DNA of 64,000 nt from Sneathiellales bacterium (GCA_028277845.1 JANQFL010000087.1:13704-77703); one strand, 5' to 3'. Positions 8,983 through 18,617 are shown, numbered from the stretch's first letter. Notes: generated from the sequence alone by a model not told the origin. Translations and numbers: made by a program.

Positions 8983-10149
8983 CTATCGATCCGCTTTCTC
9001 GGACGACCACTGGATCCGTGGGTTCATCACGTTCCGGTCCACGAAGTCTACATGCCGGCATACCGTTTGGTACATGGCGTCCAACACGGCTTCCGTTAGA
9101 AGGTTAGGGCGCAATCCGAGATCGACAAGTTTCGAGTGCTTTGCGTTGTAGTAATGATCCTCCAATTCCACCCGGGGATTCTCCAGGTGGTCGATCTGTG
9201 TATCCTGCCCGTTGCGCTTCGCGGCAGCGACCACCATTTCGGCCAGTTGCAGGACCGAGAACTGTTCGGTGAACTGGTTGAAGACACGGAAATCGCCGCG
9301 ATCGGCCGGATTGTCGACCGCCAGGGCGACGCACTGGATGGTGTCCTTGATATTGAGGAAACCGCGCGTCTGGCCACCCTTGCCGTAAACCGTCAGGGGG
9401 CATCCGATCGCCGCCTGGACCAGAAATCGGTTCAGAACCGTGCCGAACACATCGTCGTAATGGAACGACGTCTCCAGGTCGGGGTGCAGCACGGTCTGAT
9501 CCGTCTCGATACCGTAAACGACTCCCTGGTTGAGGTCGGTCGCCCGCATGTCCCAAATCCGGCAGGTGAATTCGATATTGGCCGAATCGTGCACCTTGGA
9601 CAGGTGGTAAAAACTGCCGGGACGCTTGGGGAACAGGACCCGGTCCTTGCGGCCGTTGTGTTCCAGCTCCAGCCAGCCTTCCTCGATATCGATGTTCGGC
9701 GTGCCGTACTCGCCCATGGTGCCCAGCTTCACCAAATGTGCGTCCGGGCAATGAGCCCGCATGGCGAACAGGACGTTCATCGTGCCTTCGATATTGTTTG
9801 TCTGGGTGTAGACCGCGGTCGTTCTGTCCTGCATCGAATAGGGGGCGGAGGGCTGCTCGCCGTAGTGCACGATGGCGTCGGGCTTGAATTCCCGGATCAC
9901 CTTGTAGACGAAGCGATGGTTACACAGATCCCCGACCATCAGCGCGATGTCGTTACCGCTGATTTCCTTCCAGCGCCGGACGCGCCGGTGCAACGGTGGA
10001 ATGGCCGCCAGCGGCTCGATGCCTTCCTCCAACTCCCATTGCCGTTTGGCGAAATTGTCGACGATGGCAACCTCGTCGCCGCGGGCGGAGAAATGCATGG
10101 CCGTCGGCCAGCCCAGATAACCATCACCACCAAGAACCAATACACGCAT
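8983..10149 (-). CDS. sqdB: UDP-sulfoquinovose synthase (SqdB/SQD1 family)
   Basis: Long blocks match SQD1 as I recall it: GGDGYLGWPTAMH, VKLGTMGEYGTPNIDIEEG, FYHLSKVHDS, RATDLNQGVVYG, LTVYGKGGQTRGFL, FRVFNQFTEQFSV, HYYNAKH. Confidence 0.85.
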   Translation of the reverse strand: MRVLVLGGDGYLGWPTAMHFSARGDEVAIVDNFAKRQWELEEGIEPLAAIPPLHRRVRRWKEISGNDIALMVGDLCNHRFVYKVIREFKPDAIVHYGEQPSAPYSMQDRTTAVYTQTNNIEGTMNVLFAMRAHCPDAHLVKLGTMGEYGTPNIDIEEGWLELEHNGRKDRVLFPKRPGSFYHLSKVHDSANIEFTCRIWDMRATDLNQGVVYGIETDQTVLHPDLETSFHYDDVFGTVLNRFLVQAAIGCPLTVYGKGGQTRGFLNIKDTIQCVALAVDNPADRGDFRVFNQFTEQFSVLQLAEMVVAAAKRNGQDTQIDHLENPRVELEDHYYNAKHSKLVDLGLRPNLLTEAVLDAMYQTVCRHVDFVDRNVMNPRIQWSSEKADR

Positions 10150-10197
10150 GACCTGTCTCTGCTTTTCGTGAAGTTGTTGAGTCTGAAAGCGCCGGAT

Positions 10198-10932
10198 CTA
10201 AAGTCGGGATCCGTCACTCATGTGAGGGAGTTCGATGGCGCCGCTCGACAGCAGCGCCTCCGCAATCGGGAGGTCTTCGGGACCGTCTAGGTCGAGGCCA
10301 TAGCGCGAGTCAATGCCAATTCCCGCGCAGGGCTCCGCATAAAACCCCGATCCATCGCGCAAGGCGTCCGTCCGCGCCGCGATCAGATTGCCGAACACCA
10401 TCAGTTTCGGCTTGTTCTGTTTCAGCCGTGCGCTGCCGCGTTCCTCGGCAAACAGAAAGCCGACCCGGCCGTCGGCATCCAGCTGCCTCTGGTTCCAGGC
10501 GTGGCTGTTGTGTGCCACGGCGATGACGTTGTGGGCCGATCGTGCCGCGCCGTCGCGTTCGAACACGCCCAGCAGTTCCTCGACATGGACGGGCAGAAGA
10601 AACGGCGATGTCGGTTGAATCAGCACGATGACGTCGGGCAGCGTTTCGCCCTGGCCGGCCGCGCGTTCGAGATATTCCCGCACTACGTCGTCGACCTTGA
10701 CCGCGTCGCCGCCCAGGTCGTCGGGCCGCCGATCCACGTCCACCCCGAGCGCTATTGCCCGTTGGGCGATGCGGTCGCTGTCCGTCGAGCAGACGATGCG
10801 GTCGAGGCGCCCGGAGGCGATCGCCGCCGTGATGCCGTAATCGAGCAGCGGCCGGCCGGCGACGGACACCAGGTTTTTCAACGGAATGCTTTTCGATCCG
10901 CCCCGCGCCGGGACGAAACCCCAGGCGTTCAT
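10198..10932 (-). CDS. acylneuraminate cytidylyltransferase family (CMP-nonulosonate synthetase, NeuA/LegF/PseF-like)
   Basis: N-terminal PARGGSKSIPLKN motif typical of CMP-NeuAc/CMP-Kdo-type cytidylyltransferases; start overlaps upstream stop (ATGA). Confidence 0.75.
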   Translation of the reverse strand: MNAWGFVPARGGSKSIPLKNLVSVAGRPLLDYGITAAIASGRLDRIVCSTDSDRIAQRAIALGVDVDRRPDDLGGDAVKVDDVVREYLERAAGQGETLPDVIVLIQPTSPFLLPVHVEELLGVFERDGAARSAHNVIAVAHNSHAWNQRQLDADGRVGFLFAEERGSARLKQNKPKLMVFGNLIAARTDALRDGSGFYAEPCAGIGIDSRYGLDLDGPEDLPIAEALLSSGAIELPHMSDGSRL

Positions 10933-11888
10933 CGGCCGGACTCCCTCGCCAGTGCGCGCAACGCCTTGTCGATGACGAAGGCTTCGGTCTCGCTCCAGGC
11001 GTCGTGGGTCGAACCGCCGATATGCGGCGTCAGGATCAGATTGTCGTGTTCCCGGGCATAGACGGCGACGCGGCTGTCACCGAACGACTGGGCAAAATCG
11101 GTGCGGTATTCGCCGTCGATGGTATCGAGGGCGGCGGCCTGGAGATGGCCCGATTCCAGCAGGTCGAGCAAGGCGTCCAGGTCCAGGAGTTCGCCGCGGG
11201 CCGTGTTGACCACCACGGCGCCCCGGGGCAGCGCCTCCAGCACGGCGCGCGAAACGAGGTTGCGGGTTCCGTCGTTGGCCGGTGCGTGCAGGGACAGGAC
11301 ATCGGAGCCGGCGGCCAGGGCTTCGATTGTGTCCACGCCGCCGTCGACGTAGGGATCGTAGTAGGCCGTCTTCATACCGATGGCTTCGGCGATGCGGGCG
11401 ACCTTGCGGCCCAGCCGGCCATAGCCGACAAGGCCCAGGCGCATACGGGACAACATGCGCGGCGCACCCCACGGCCGCCGGTTCCAGGCACCACTGGCCG
11501 CCGCCGCGTGAGCCGCCGGAATCCGCCGCCAGGCCGCCATCATCAGGCCGATGGCGTGTTCCGCCGTCGGTGTGATGCCGTCGAGAAACTCGGGCTCGTC
11601 GTGCAGGGCGCACACCGCGATATGTCTGCTCGCGGCGGCCTGGGCATCGATATGGGGAATGCCCGTGGTGTTGGACACGACCGCGCGCAGGCGTGGGCAG
11701 CGATCCATCTTGTCCGCGTCCACGGCAAATCCCAGGGGCGCGAACAGCACTTCGGTTTCGGCCAACATGTCCGCCGTGTCGTCGCGCGGGTCATCCAACG
11801 CCGTCAGGTCGAAACAGTCCCGAAGCCGGGCCAGGTTCTCGGGCTGGTAGCTCATGATGCGGTAATAGAGGGCGCGGGGACGGGGCAT
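10929..11888 (-). CDS. D-isomer-specific 2-hydroxyacid dehydrogenase family
   Basis: NAD-binding GLVGYGRLGRKVA and C-terminal catalytic region (LILTPHIGGST). Start set at Met 58 of the ORF (11888) to avoid overlap with the upstream gene; Met 69 (11855) is an alternative. Confidence 0.7.
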   Translation of the reverse strand: MPRPRALYYRIMSYQPENLARLRDCFDLTALDDPRDDTADMLAETEVLFAPLGFAVDADKMDRCPRLRAVVSNTTGIPHIDAQAAASRHIAVCALHDEPEFLDGITPTAEHAIGLMMAAWRRIPAAHAAAASGAWNRRPWGAPRMLSRMRLGLVGYGRLGRKVARIAEAIGMKTAYYDPYVDGGVDTIEALAAGSDVLSLHAPANDGTRNLVSRAVLEALPRGAVVVNTARGELLDLDALLDLLESGHLQAAALDTIDGEYRTDFAQSFGDSRVAVYAREHDNLILTPHIGGSTHDAWSETEAFVIDKALRALARESGR

Positions 11889-11895
11889 CGCGGAG

Positions 11896-13050
11896 TCAGT
11901 AGGCCAGGGTCTTGTCGACCGGTGGCAAAGGCGCGGCAAGGCATGCGGCAATCTGTTCGCCCGCGCGGCCGTCGCCGTAAACCGTATCGGAGGGATAGAC
12001 GCCGTGCGCGATCTGGCGCCGGGTTGCGGCGACGATCTCGTCGGTGTCGTGGCCGACATTGACGACGTTGCCGCCCTGCTGGCGGCCGCGCTGGCGGTTG
12101 CCGATATTGACCACCGGGACTCCGAGGAACGCGCTTTCGCGAATGCCGCTCGACGTGTTGCCGACCAGGCATACCGCGTTCTTGATCAACGCCGCATAAC
12201 GTACGAAGTTCAGCCCCGAAATCGTCCGCACCGGCGGGGCATCGCCGTTCGATTGCAGGGCACTTAAAGGGCCGGCCACCGATTGGGCGCCGGCGTCGTC
12301 GTTGGGCAGCACCCAGATAGTGGGAATGTTCAACTCCACCACGGCATCGGCGGTGTGCGTGAACTGGCGCCGGGCATCGTCGTATTCCGTCACGACGGGA
12401 TGCTGCGACACCACCAGGTATTCCGCCGTCAGATCGACCGCGGCGCCGTTGCCGTTGTCGGTCAAACACCGGTCCAAATCATCACCGGCGGCCAAGTCGA
12501 GACCGGCGAGCTGATCCAGACTCGGCGTGCCGACGACGTGCACGGTGTCGGCAATCTCGCCCAGGCGGATCAGCCGGTCGGCCGCGTCCCTGTTGGCCGG
12601 AAAATGAATGTGGGCCAATTTGGTGATGGCGTGCCGGATGCGTTCGTCGATGGAACCCGAAACCTCGCCGCCCTCCAGATGGGCGATGACGGTATTGCGG
12701 CACATCGCCGCCTGGGCGATCGACAGGCATTCGTACCGGTCGGCGATGACCATCACCACGTCGGGATCGAGCTCGGTCAGAATTCGGCCGAATGCGATCG
12801 TGCAACGGCCGGCCGACTCGACGACCGAGTCGAGCGTCTGCCCAGCGGCGATATAGTCCAGGGTGCGGTCGATGGTGAAACCATCCCATTCGATAACTTC
12901 GACAAAGGAGTCGTAGTCTTGCCCGAGCAGGATACCGCCCACGACCAACTGCAGGGACAAATCGGGGTGGCGCTGAATGGCCGCCATGGTCGATTTCATC
13001 TTGCCGTAATTGCCCCGCGTGGTCAGGACGATGCAGATGCGGCGACTCAC
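11896..13050 (-). CDS. UDP-N-acetylglucosamine 2-epimerase (hydrolysing), NeuC/LegG-like
   Basis: 384 aa; motifs IADRYECLSIAQAA and HLEGGEVSGSIDE typical of the UDP-GlcNAc 2-epimerase family. Confidence 0.75.
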   Translation of the reverse strand: MSRRICIVLTTRGNYGKMKSTMAAIQRHPDLSLQLVVGGILLGQDYDSFVEVIEWDGFTIDRTLDYIAAGQTLDSVVESAGRCTIAFGRILTELDPDVVMVIADRYECLSIAQAAMCRNTVIAHLEGGEVSGSIDERIRHAITKLAHIHFPANRDAADRLIRLGEIADTVHVVGTPSLDQLAGLDLAAGDDLDRCLTDNGNGAAVDLTAEYLVVSQHPVVTEYDDARRQFTHTADAVVELNIPTIWVLPNDDAGAQSVAGPLSALQSNGDAPPVRTISGLNFVRYAALIKNAVCLVGNTSSGIRESAFLGVPVVNIGNRQRGRQQGGNVVNVGHDTDEIVAATRRQIAHGVYPSDTVYGDGRAGEQIAACLAAPLPPVDKTLAY

Positions 13051-14081
13051 GGTTCGAGAACCTCCCAGGTCAGCGGCGCGTCTGCGGCGACCGGTTGCTT
13101 GAGGCGCTTGCCGATCACATCGGCCAGATCACCGGGCGAGATCCCGGTGCCGGGCCGTTTGGCGGCGACATCGGTTTCGGCGATCACGTGACCGGCCGGC
13201 AGATCGTTGCGGGCAACCAGGGATTTCAGCGCCCATTCCATGCCCGGCCGCTCGCTGGCCGCCGGTTCCTTGCGGCCATGCCCGAGCATGGTCTCGACCC
13301 GTCGGATATCGGCCACCAATTGCGGCAGATCCTCGGGGCCGGCCGAGACCTTCCAGTCCTGGGCATTGGGCACGTCGCGCAGAATGGTGATGTGCTTCTC
13401 GATGATCTGGGCGCCGCGGGCGACCGCCGCAAGCACGGCCAAACCGTCTTCCGTGTGATCGGAATAACCGACCGGGCCGGGGAACGCCGTGCGTATATGG
13501 TCCATCGCACTCAGATTGACATCGGCCGGCGGTGCCGGATAGCTGGTGACACAATGCAGCAGGGCGATATCGGCGCATCCGGCGTACAGGCAGGCGTTCG
13601 TCGCTTCGGCGATATCGTCCAGGCCGTACATGCCGGTCGAGATGATCATCGGTTTGCCAAGCGCCGCCAGACGGGCCAGGAAGGCTGGATTGCCGCGCTC
13701 GCCCGAGCCGACCTTGACCGCCGGCACATCCAGGGTTTCGAGCCACGGGATACGGGTCTCGTCATGGGCGGTCGCCATGAACAACAGCCCGCGGGCTTCG
13801 CAGCGTTCTTTCAGTTCGACCGCCTGATCCAAGGTCAGGTTGCGCGGCCGCAACCGGTCCTGCCAGTCGGCGGCCCGGTTGGAGATCAGTGCCTCGACGT
13901 CGAAAAACTGGGTCTTGAAGACATCCGCGTTGGCATCGGCCGCCAGGTCCACCAGGTCACGGGCCAAGCCCATGTCGCCGAAATGGGCGACGCCGGCTTC
14001 GGCGATGAACAGGCAGGGTGCGTCACCGCCGACCCGGCGATCGCCGATGCGGAACGAAGACACCGGCTGAAGGCTGTTCAT
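13047..14081 (-). CDS. N-acetylneuraminate synthase family (NeuB/LegI/PseI-like nonulosonic acid synthase)
   Basis: Start at internal Met (MNSLQPV) giving ATGA overlap with the upstream ABC gene stop; NeuB-like TIM-barrel region plus C-terminal SAF-like domain. Confidence 0.8.
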   Translation of the reverse strand: MNSLQPVSSFRIGDRRVGGDAPCLFIAEAGVAHFGDMGLARDLVDLAADANADVFKTQFFDVEALISNRAADWQDRLRPRNLTLDQAVELKERCEARGLLFMATAHDETRIPWLETLDVPAVKVGSGERGNPAFLARLAALGKPMIISTGMYGLDDIAEATNACLYAGCADIALLHCVTSYPAPPADVNLSAMDHIRTAFPGPVGYSDHTEDGLAVLAAVARGAQIIEKHITILRDVPNAQDWKVSAGPEDLPQLVADIRRVETMLGHGRKEPAASERPGMEWALKSLVARNDLPAGHVIAETDVAAKRPGTGISPGDLADVIGKRLKQPVAADAPLTWEVLEP

Positions 14082-15925
14082 GAGGACCCGCCCTGGCCCG
14101 TGGCGGCCACCGGGGGCTGCTGCGCGAGGGCATGAAACAGCTCGGTCGACCGGTACAGCGACTGATAGGTGCCCTGTGCCGCCAGGCGGCCGTCTTCGAG
14201 GACGAAAATGGTATCGCACTCGGCGATGGTGGAAATGCGGTGGGCGACGGTGATGGTGGTCACTTCGCCTTTCAGTTTGGCCACCGTATCCTGGATCAGT
14301 TTTTCGGTGCCGGTGTCGAGCGAACTTGTCGCCTCGTCCAGCACAAGGATATCGGGCGCGTCATACAGCGCCCGGGCAATGGTGACGCGCTGGCGCTGAC
14401 CGCCGGAAAGCCGCAGGCCGCGGTCTCCCATCACCGTGTCGAGGCCGTCATCCAACTCGGCGACCACGTCGGTCAAGCCGGCCTTGTCGAGGGCGCGGCG
14501 TACCTTGTCGTTGTCGATGTCGGCGTCGGGCACGCCAAAGGCGACATTGCGCCGCAGTGTATCGTTGGCGATGAACGGCGACTGAGGCACATAGCCAATT
14601 CGGCCGAACCAGTTCGATCGGGCGAAGTCGGTGATGTCCGTGTCATCCAAACGCACGTGACCGTCGGTCGGCGGCAAAACACCGAGCAGGATGTCGACGA
14701 ACGTCGACTTGCCCGCGCCCGATGGGCCGACCACGCCGACCGATTGACCGCGGGCTATCGCCAGGGAAATGCGATCGAGCGCGGTGGCGGTCGTGCCCGG
14801 GTAGGAAAAACTGACGGCATCGAAGTGGATGGCCGACCACTCGTCCGGTACCTTGGCGCCACCACTGGGCTTCCCCCATTCCGTTTCCGCCGCCGCCAGT
14901 TCGGCGCGCAAGTCGGCGAGTCCCCTGGTATAGGCCCTGACCTTGGCCAGTTTCGTGATGGTACCGACAACACGGGACAGGGCAGGGATAAGACGGGCGC
15001 TGATCAATCCCAGCAAAGCGACCTGCGAGGCGATTTCGCCGGTGCTGGCACCGGCACCGAACAGGGACACCGCGACGATGATCAGTCCGAGCTGGCCGGT
15101 CAACAGCAGCCCCATCGGCACGGCCCGTTGCAGCAGTTGCGCCTTCATACGGCTTGTGGCGGCCCTGTGATAGAGACGTGTGTACATGCTGGTGAAGAAC
15201 CCTTGACGGGCCTTGACCTGGATATCCTTGATGCCGTTGACCGCCTCGACGCCAAGCTGGCTGCAATGCAGCCATTGGGTCCGTTCGTCGGCGGCGTAGC
15301 GGGCGATGCGTGGGCGAATGACCGCCATCATCATGACGGCGGCGAAGGCGATAATCGCGGCGACGGCAACGATCGCCTGCCACGGCAAGGCAACCGCCAC
15401 CACCGCAAAGGCAAAGACAAGCAGCAGCGAGGTGTACACCAGCTCCATGACCGTCGGATACAGCGACACCGCCGTGTTGGTCGGATCTTTGTAGAGCCGA
15501 TGGGACAGCATCGCCGCATTCTGGCGCAGGAACCAGACATAGGGTGCCTTGAGGCAGCGATTGAGCAGGTCGTTGGCCAGATAACGCCCGATACGGACAC
15601 TGAGGATTTCGGTCATGAACAGCGAGAAATAGCTGCCGATAACGCCCAGAACCAGCAGGCTCGCGGCGATAAGGCCGAGCATCTGGATCAACTCCCGTTC
15701 CGTGTCGGTCGCCAGGATATCGGCGATCTTTTGCAGCCATTCGCTGCGCTGAAGCATGGTCGGTTCGACCACCAGCGTCACGAAAGGCGCCGCCGAGGAT
15801 AGGGCGACCATTTCCAGGGCGCTGGTGAACACGAACAGCAGCAGGATCGCAGCCGCGGCAGTCTTCTGCCGGGCCGTCAGGAACGACCAGCCGATGGCGA
15901 CGATATTGGTTGACGGTTTCGTCAT
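14078..15925 (-). CDS. ABC transporter, fused permease/ATP-binding exporter
   Basis: N-terminal hydrophobic helices; Walker A GPSGAGKST, signature LSGGQRQR, Walker B ILVLDEATS. Start at Met 21 (MTKPSTNIV) avoids overlap with the upstream gene. Confidence 0.85.
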   Translation of the reverse strand: MTKPSTNIVAIGWSFLTARQKTAAAAILLLFVFTSALEMVALSSAAPFVTLVVEPTMLQRSEWLQKIADILATDTERELIQMLGLIAASLLVLGVIGSYFSLFMTEILSVRIGRYLANDLLNRCLKAPYVWFLRQNAAMLSHRLYKDPTNTAVSLYPTVMELVYTSLLLVFAFAVVAVALPWQAIVAVAAIIAFAAVMMMAVIRPRIARYAADERTQWLHCSQLGVEAVNGIKDIQVKARQGFFTSMYTRLYHRAATSRMKAQLLQRAVPMGLLLTGQLGLIIVAVSLFGAGASTGEIASQVALLGLISARLIPALSRVVGTITKLAKVRAYTRGLADLRAELAAAETEWGKPSGGAKVPDEWSAIHFDAVSFSYPGTTATALDRISLAIARGQSVGVVGPSGAGKSTFVDILLGVLPPTDGHVRLDDTDITDFARSNWFGRIGYVPQSPFIANDTLRRNVAFGVPDADIDNDKVRRALDKAGLTDVVAELDDGLDTVMGDRGLRLSGGQRQRVTIARALYDAPDILVLDEATSSLDTGTEKLIQDTVAKLKGEVTTITVAHRISTIAECDTIFVLEDGRLAAQGTYQSLYRSTELFHALAQQPPVAATGQGGSS

Positions 15926-15950
15926 GGATTCAGTTTGGAGTTCGCCCGCC

Positions 15951-17654
15951 TCAATAATCGGCGATGAACTTGTAGCTGTCCGCACGGTCCATCTTGTAGG
16001 AATGGTAGTGCATCCGGTCGGAATGGAACCAGCCGTGCAGCAGATCGGTTTCCTGTTGCAGCGGGGCGGGATTGTCGCTCACGACCTTCCGGTAATCCTC
16101 ATACAGGGCGAAGATCGCCGAATCGTCGCCGGTGACGAAACTGTCCTGCCAATCGGGATGGCAGAAGAACCAACCGGCAAAGACCTTGGCGCTCTCCCGT
16201 GTCTTGGCCAGATCCAGGTCGTTCCACCAGGGCCGTTTGAGGCAATCGATGTATTCTTCGCGGGATCGGCACCAGGTGCCGACGCCGCAATCGTGGAACC
16301 AACCGCGGTCCGCCATCAACGACGGCTTGCCGAGATACGCGTATTCGATGGCGGCGGTGCCGGTACAGGTGATGACGGCGTCGACGCAGTCCATCACCGC
16401 CCGGCCGTTCCAGCCCTGGGGCGCTATCTGGACATGGCCGGCCATGCGCTCGCCGATATAGTCGGCCAACGACGCGCCGCCGTACCACAGATCGCAGGGG
16501 TGGGGCTTGAACAGCCAGTAGACGTCGGTGTTTTGCTTGGCGATATCGACCGTCAGGGAAATCCAGTCGAGATAGTCTGTGAAGTTGTTGAGCCCGAACA
16601 CGTGCGGATAGTCGAACCAGTTGGAGGCATAGACGCCGACGATGGGCTTGTCCTCGGTCCAGCCGAAGCGCTGGCGCAATTGCTCCCGGTCGATGTGGTC
16701 GTTGGCGTTGATGTAGGCATACAAGGTGCCCAGATCCAACGTCTTGCCGTTGAGGCGGTTGTCCAGGTACGAGCCGCCGACCTCGGACAGGGACCCCAGC
16801 TGTTGCGGGCTCAGGTTTCGGGCGTGTTCGACCGGCAGGCGGTCGACCCAATCGAAGATGGCTTCGCGCGAGCGGATCTTCCAGTATCGCGGCACGCCGT
16901 AGCAACCGTACAGCACCACCGCCGGAATACCGAGCGATAGGGCGACATAAGCCAGCGCGCCATAACGGAACTCGATGACATGGCTGAGGATCAGCAGGGA
17001 CGTGCGTTCGGCCGACAATATGCGTTCGGCGGCGTCGATGCTCAGCAAGGCTTCGGCGACGTGGTCCTCCAGTTTCGGGTCCGCCATGTCGATGGTGCCG
17101 AGGCGGCGACGCTTGAGAATGCCGTCATAGACCCAGCCGCCGGGAAAGCCGTGCGGCAGGTCCCATTCCATCATGTCTTCCGGACGATCGGTCATATCCA
17201 GAAGCTGTCGTGCCCGGCGGCGGGCGTCCTTGAGGCCGGAACGGAAGTGTTTTTCAAACCGCACCGTGTCATTGATGCCGAGACGGTTCATGGTCTCCTT
17301 GGCCTCGCGGGTGCGCCACTTGCCGACGATGCCGACCTCGTTGGCGGTCGGCAGCCCGAGGGCCTTGCGCAACAAGGTCAGGCGCCACCAGTAGTTCGGA
17401 TTGAACCACATGCCGTCGATCAGCACCCGGTCCGGGAACGTCTTGTCCGTCGACTCGGCGATCTGCCGGAACAGATTCTCCGCCGGAATTCGCTGGCGTT
17501 GAATCTCCTGCCAGCGCGCCCGTTCGGACGGTGTGATTCGGCGGCGCAGCATTTGGCCCTGGGCGTAAAGGTGCTTCGCCGCGGTTAACATGCGCGAAGA
17601 GGCCTTCGACAAGGGCGACGGACGGGTATTTGATTCTGAGGTGGAAACGGTCAT
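15951..17654 (-). CDS. capsule-polysaccharide-biosynthesis-like protein (KpsC/KpsS/LpsZ-like fold with KPHP motif); candidate glycosyltransferase
   Basis: 567 aa with WLFKPHP motif. Family assignment tentative; start could also be Met 22 (17591). Confidence 0.45.
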   Translation of the reverse strand: MTVSTSESNTRPSPLSKASSRMLTAAKHLYAQGQMLRRRITPSERARWQEIQRQRIPAENLFRQIAESTDKTFPDRVLIDGMWFNPNYWWRLTLLRKALGLPTANEVGIVGKWRTREAKETMNRLGINDTVRFEKHFRSGLKDARRRARQLLDMTDRPEDMMEWDLPHGFPGGWVYDGILKRRRLGTIDMADPKLEDHVAEALLSIDAAERILSAERTSLLILSHVIEFRYGALAYVALSLGIPAVVLYGCYGVPRYWKIRSREAIFDWVDRLPVEHARNLSPQQLGSLSEVGGSYLDNRLNGKTLDLGTLYAYINANDHIDREQLRQRFGWTEDKPIVGVYASNWFDYPHVFGLNNFTDYLDWISLTVDIAKQNTDVYWLFKPHPCDLWYGGASLADYIGERMAGHVQIAPQGWNGRAVMDCVDAVITCTGTAAIEYAYLGKPSLMADRGWFHDCGVGTWCRSREEYIDCLKRPWWNDLDLAKTRESAKVFAGWFFCHPDWQDSFVTGDDSAIFALYEDYRKVVSDNPAPLQQETDLLHGWFHSDRMHYHSYKMDRADSYKFIADY

Positions 17655-17687
17655 AGCTGCGTTAAGTATCGGCGCCGGTCGGGGCGG

Positions 17688-18617
17688 TTAGACTTCATAT
17701 CCCAACGACGTCAGATCGTGGTCGAACATGGTGGCCAGCTTGCGGTTCGATTCGCGCCATTTCTCCCGCGCCCAATCGGGGACATGCCGGTCCACTTGCG
17801 CCAACGTCGTATCGCGCTTGTTGGGAAAACGCGATGACAATAGGCGCGCCGCCTGGCGGGCCCGCAGATGAGCCGAAAACGGCAATATGCCGGCCTCGTT
17901 GTGCTGGGTCTGGCAGAACCGGTTGGCAAACCGGTACAAACCACGCCACGGTTCGGAGAACGACACATTGACCGGTTCCTGACGCGGTTCGAAGTCCGGG
18001 TCGACACCGATGAATTCAAAGATGTCGCGGAAAAACCGGGTCCGATTGGCCTTGAGGTCCTCGAAGAACAGCACCTTGAAGTTTTCGCGGCCGAACTTCT
18101 CCTGGGCATAGGCGACGTAGCGGTCGTAGCACAGCTTCTCGAAGATATTGAGATGGCCGGTGCGCTCGAAATTACCACGCGGAATGTTCATGCTGATGGC
18201 CGGCGACGCGTGCTCGGACAGGAAGCCCTTCACATCGAGTACGCCGCCTTCCATGACATAGGCGTTCCAGGCCGAGCGCACGTAGGATTTCTGTTCGCGC
18301 AGGACGATGAACGCCTTGACGCCCGGCATAAGGTCGCTCAGCAGGTCGATGATCATGCGCGCACCGGCGCCGTCGAAGGCATGACCCGACATCGCTTCGG
18401 CGCTGAACACGGATTTCTTTGCCGCCGGCTTGGCATTCGAGAACGGCATGGCCCGCAGCTTGTCGAGGAACGCCGCACGGTCGAATTCAAAGGAATAGTC
18501 CCGCAATTCGAAGAACAGCCCCTTGTGATCGCGCCAGGAAAAATTGATCTCCGGATGCGCGTCCATGGCCACCATCTGCAGGTACGACGATCCCGTCTTG
18601 GGCAGGCCAAGATGCAA
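17688..18617 (-). CDS. sulfotransferase (second copy, different family from 4475..5350)
   Basis: PAPS-binding-like LHLGLPKTGSSYLQ motif. The ORF-track N-terminus overlaps the upstream gene by ~200 nt and is Arg/Ser/Pro-rich, so a non-ATG start near 18617-18656 is inferred (TTG at 18617 chosen; CTG at 18632 or 18656 possible). Confidence 0.55.
   Translation of the reverse strand: MHLGLPKTGSSYLQMVAMDAHPEINFSWRDHKGLFFELRDYSFEFDRAAFLDKLRAMPFSNAKPAAKKSVFSAEAMSGHAFDGAGARMIIDLLSDLMPGVKAFIVLREQKSYVRSAWNAYVMEGGVLDVKGFLSEHASPAISMNIPRGNFERTGHLNIFEKLCYDRYVAYAQEKFGRENFKVLFFEDLKANRTRFFRDIFEFIGVDPDFEPRQEPVNVSFSEPWRGLYRFANRFCQTQHNEAGILPFSAHLRARQAARLLSSRFPNKRDTTLAQVDRHVPDWAREKWRESNRKLATMFDHDLTSLGYEV

Noticed and set aside
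8951-9061. ATG-initiated start of the radical SAM ORF overlapping the 3' end of sqdB
   Set aside because: A 79 nt overlap is unlikely; an in-frame TTG at 8950 with GGAG 8 nt upstream sits 33 nt past the sqdB stop. The true start remains uncertain.
11004-12062. 352 aa plus-strand ORF across the 2-hydroxyacid dehydrogenase gene
   Set aside because: Antisense artefact; extremely Arg/Gly/Pro-rich with no motifs, while the minus-strand frame shows an NAD-binding dehydrogenase.
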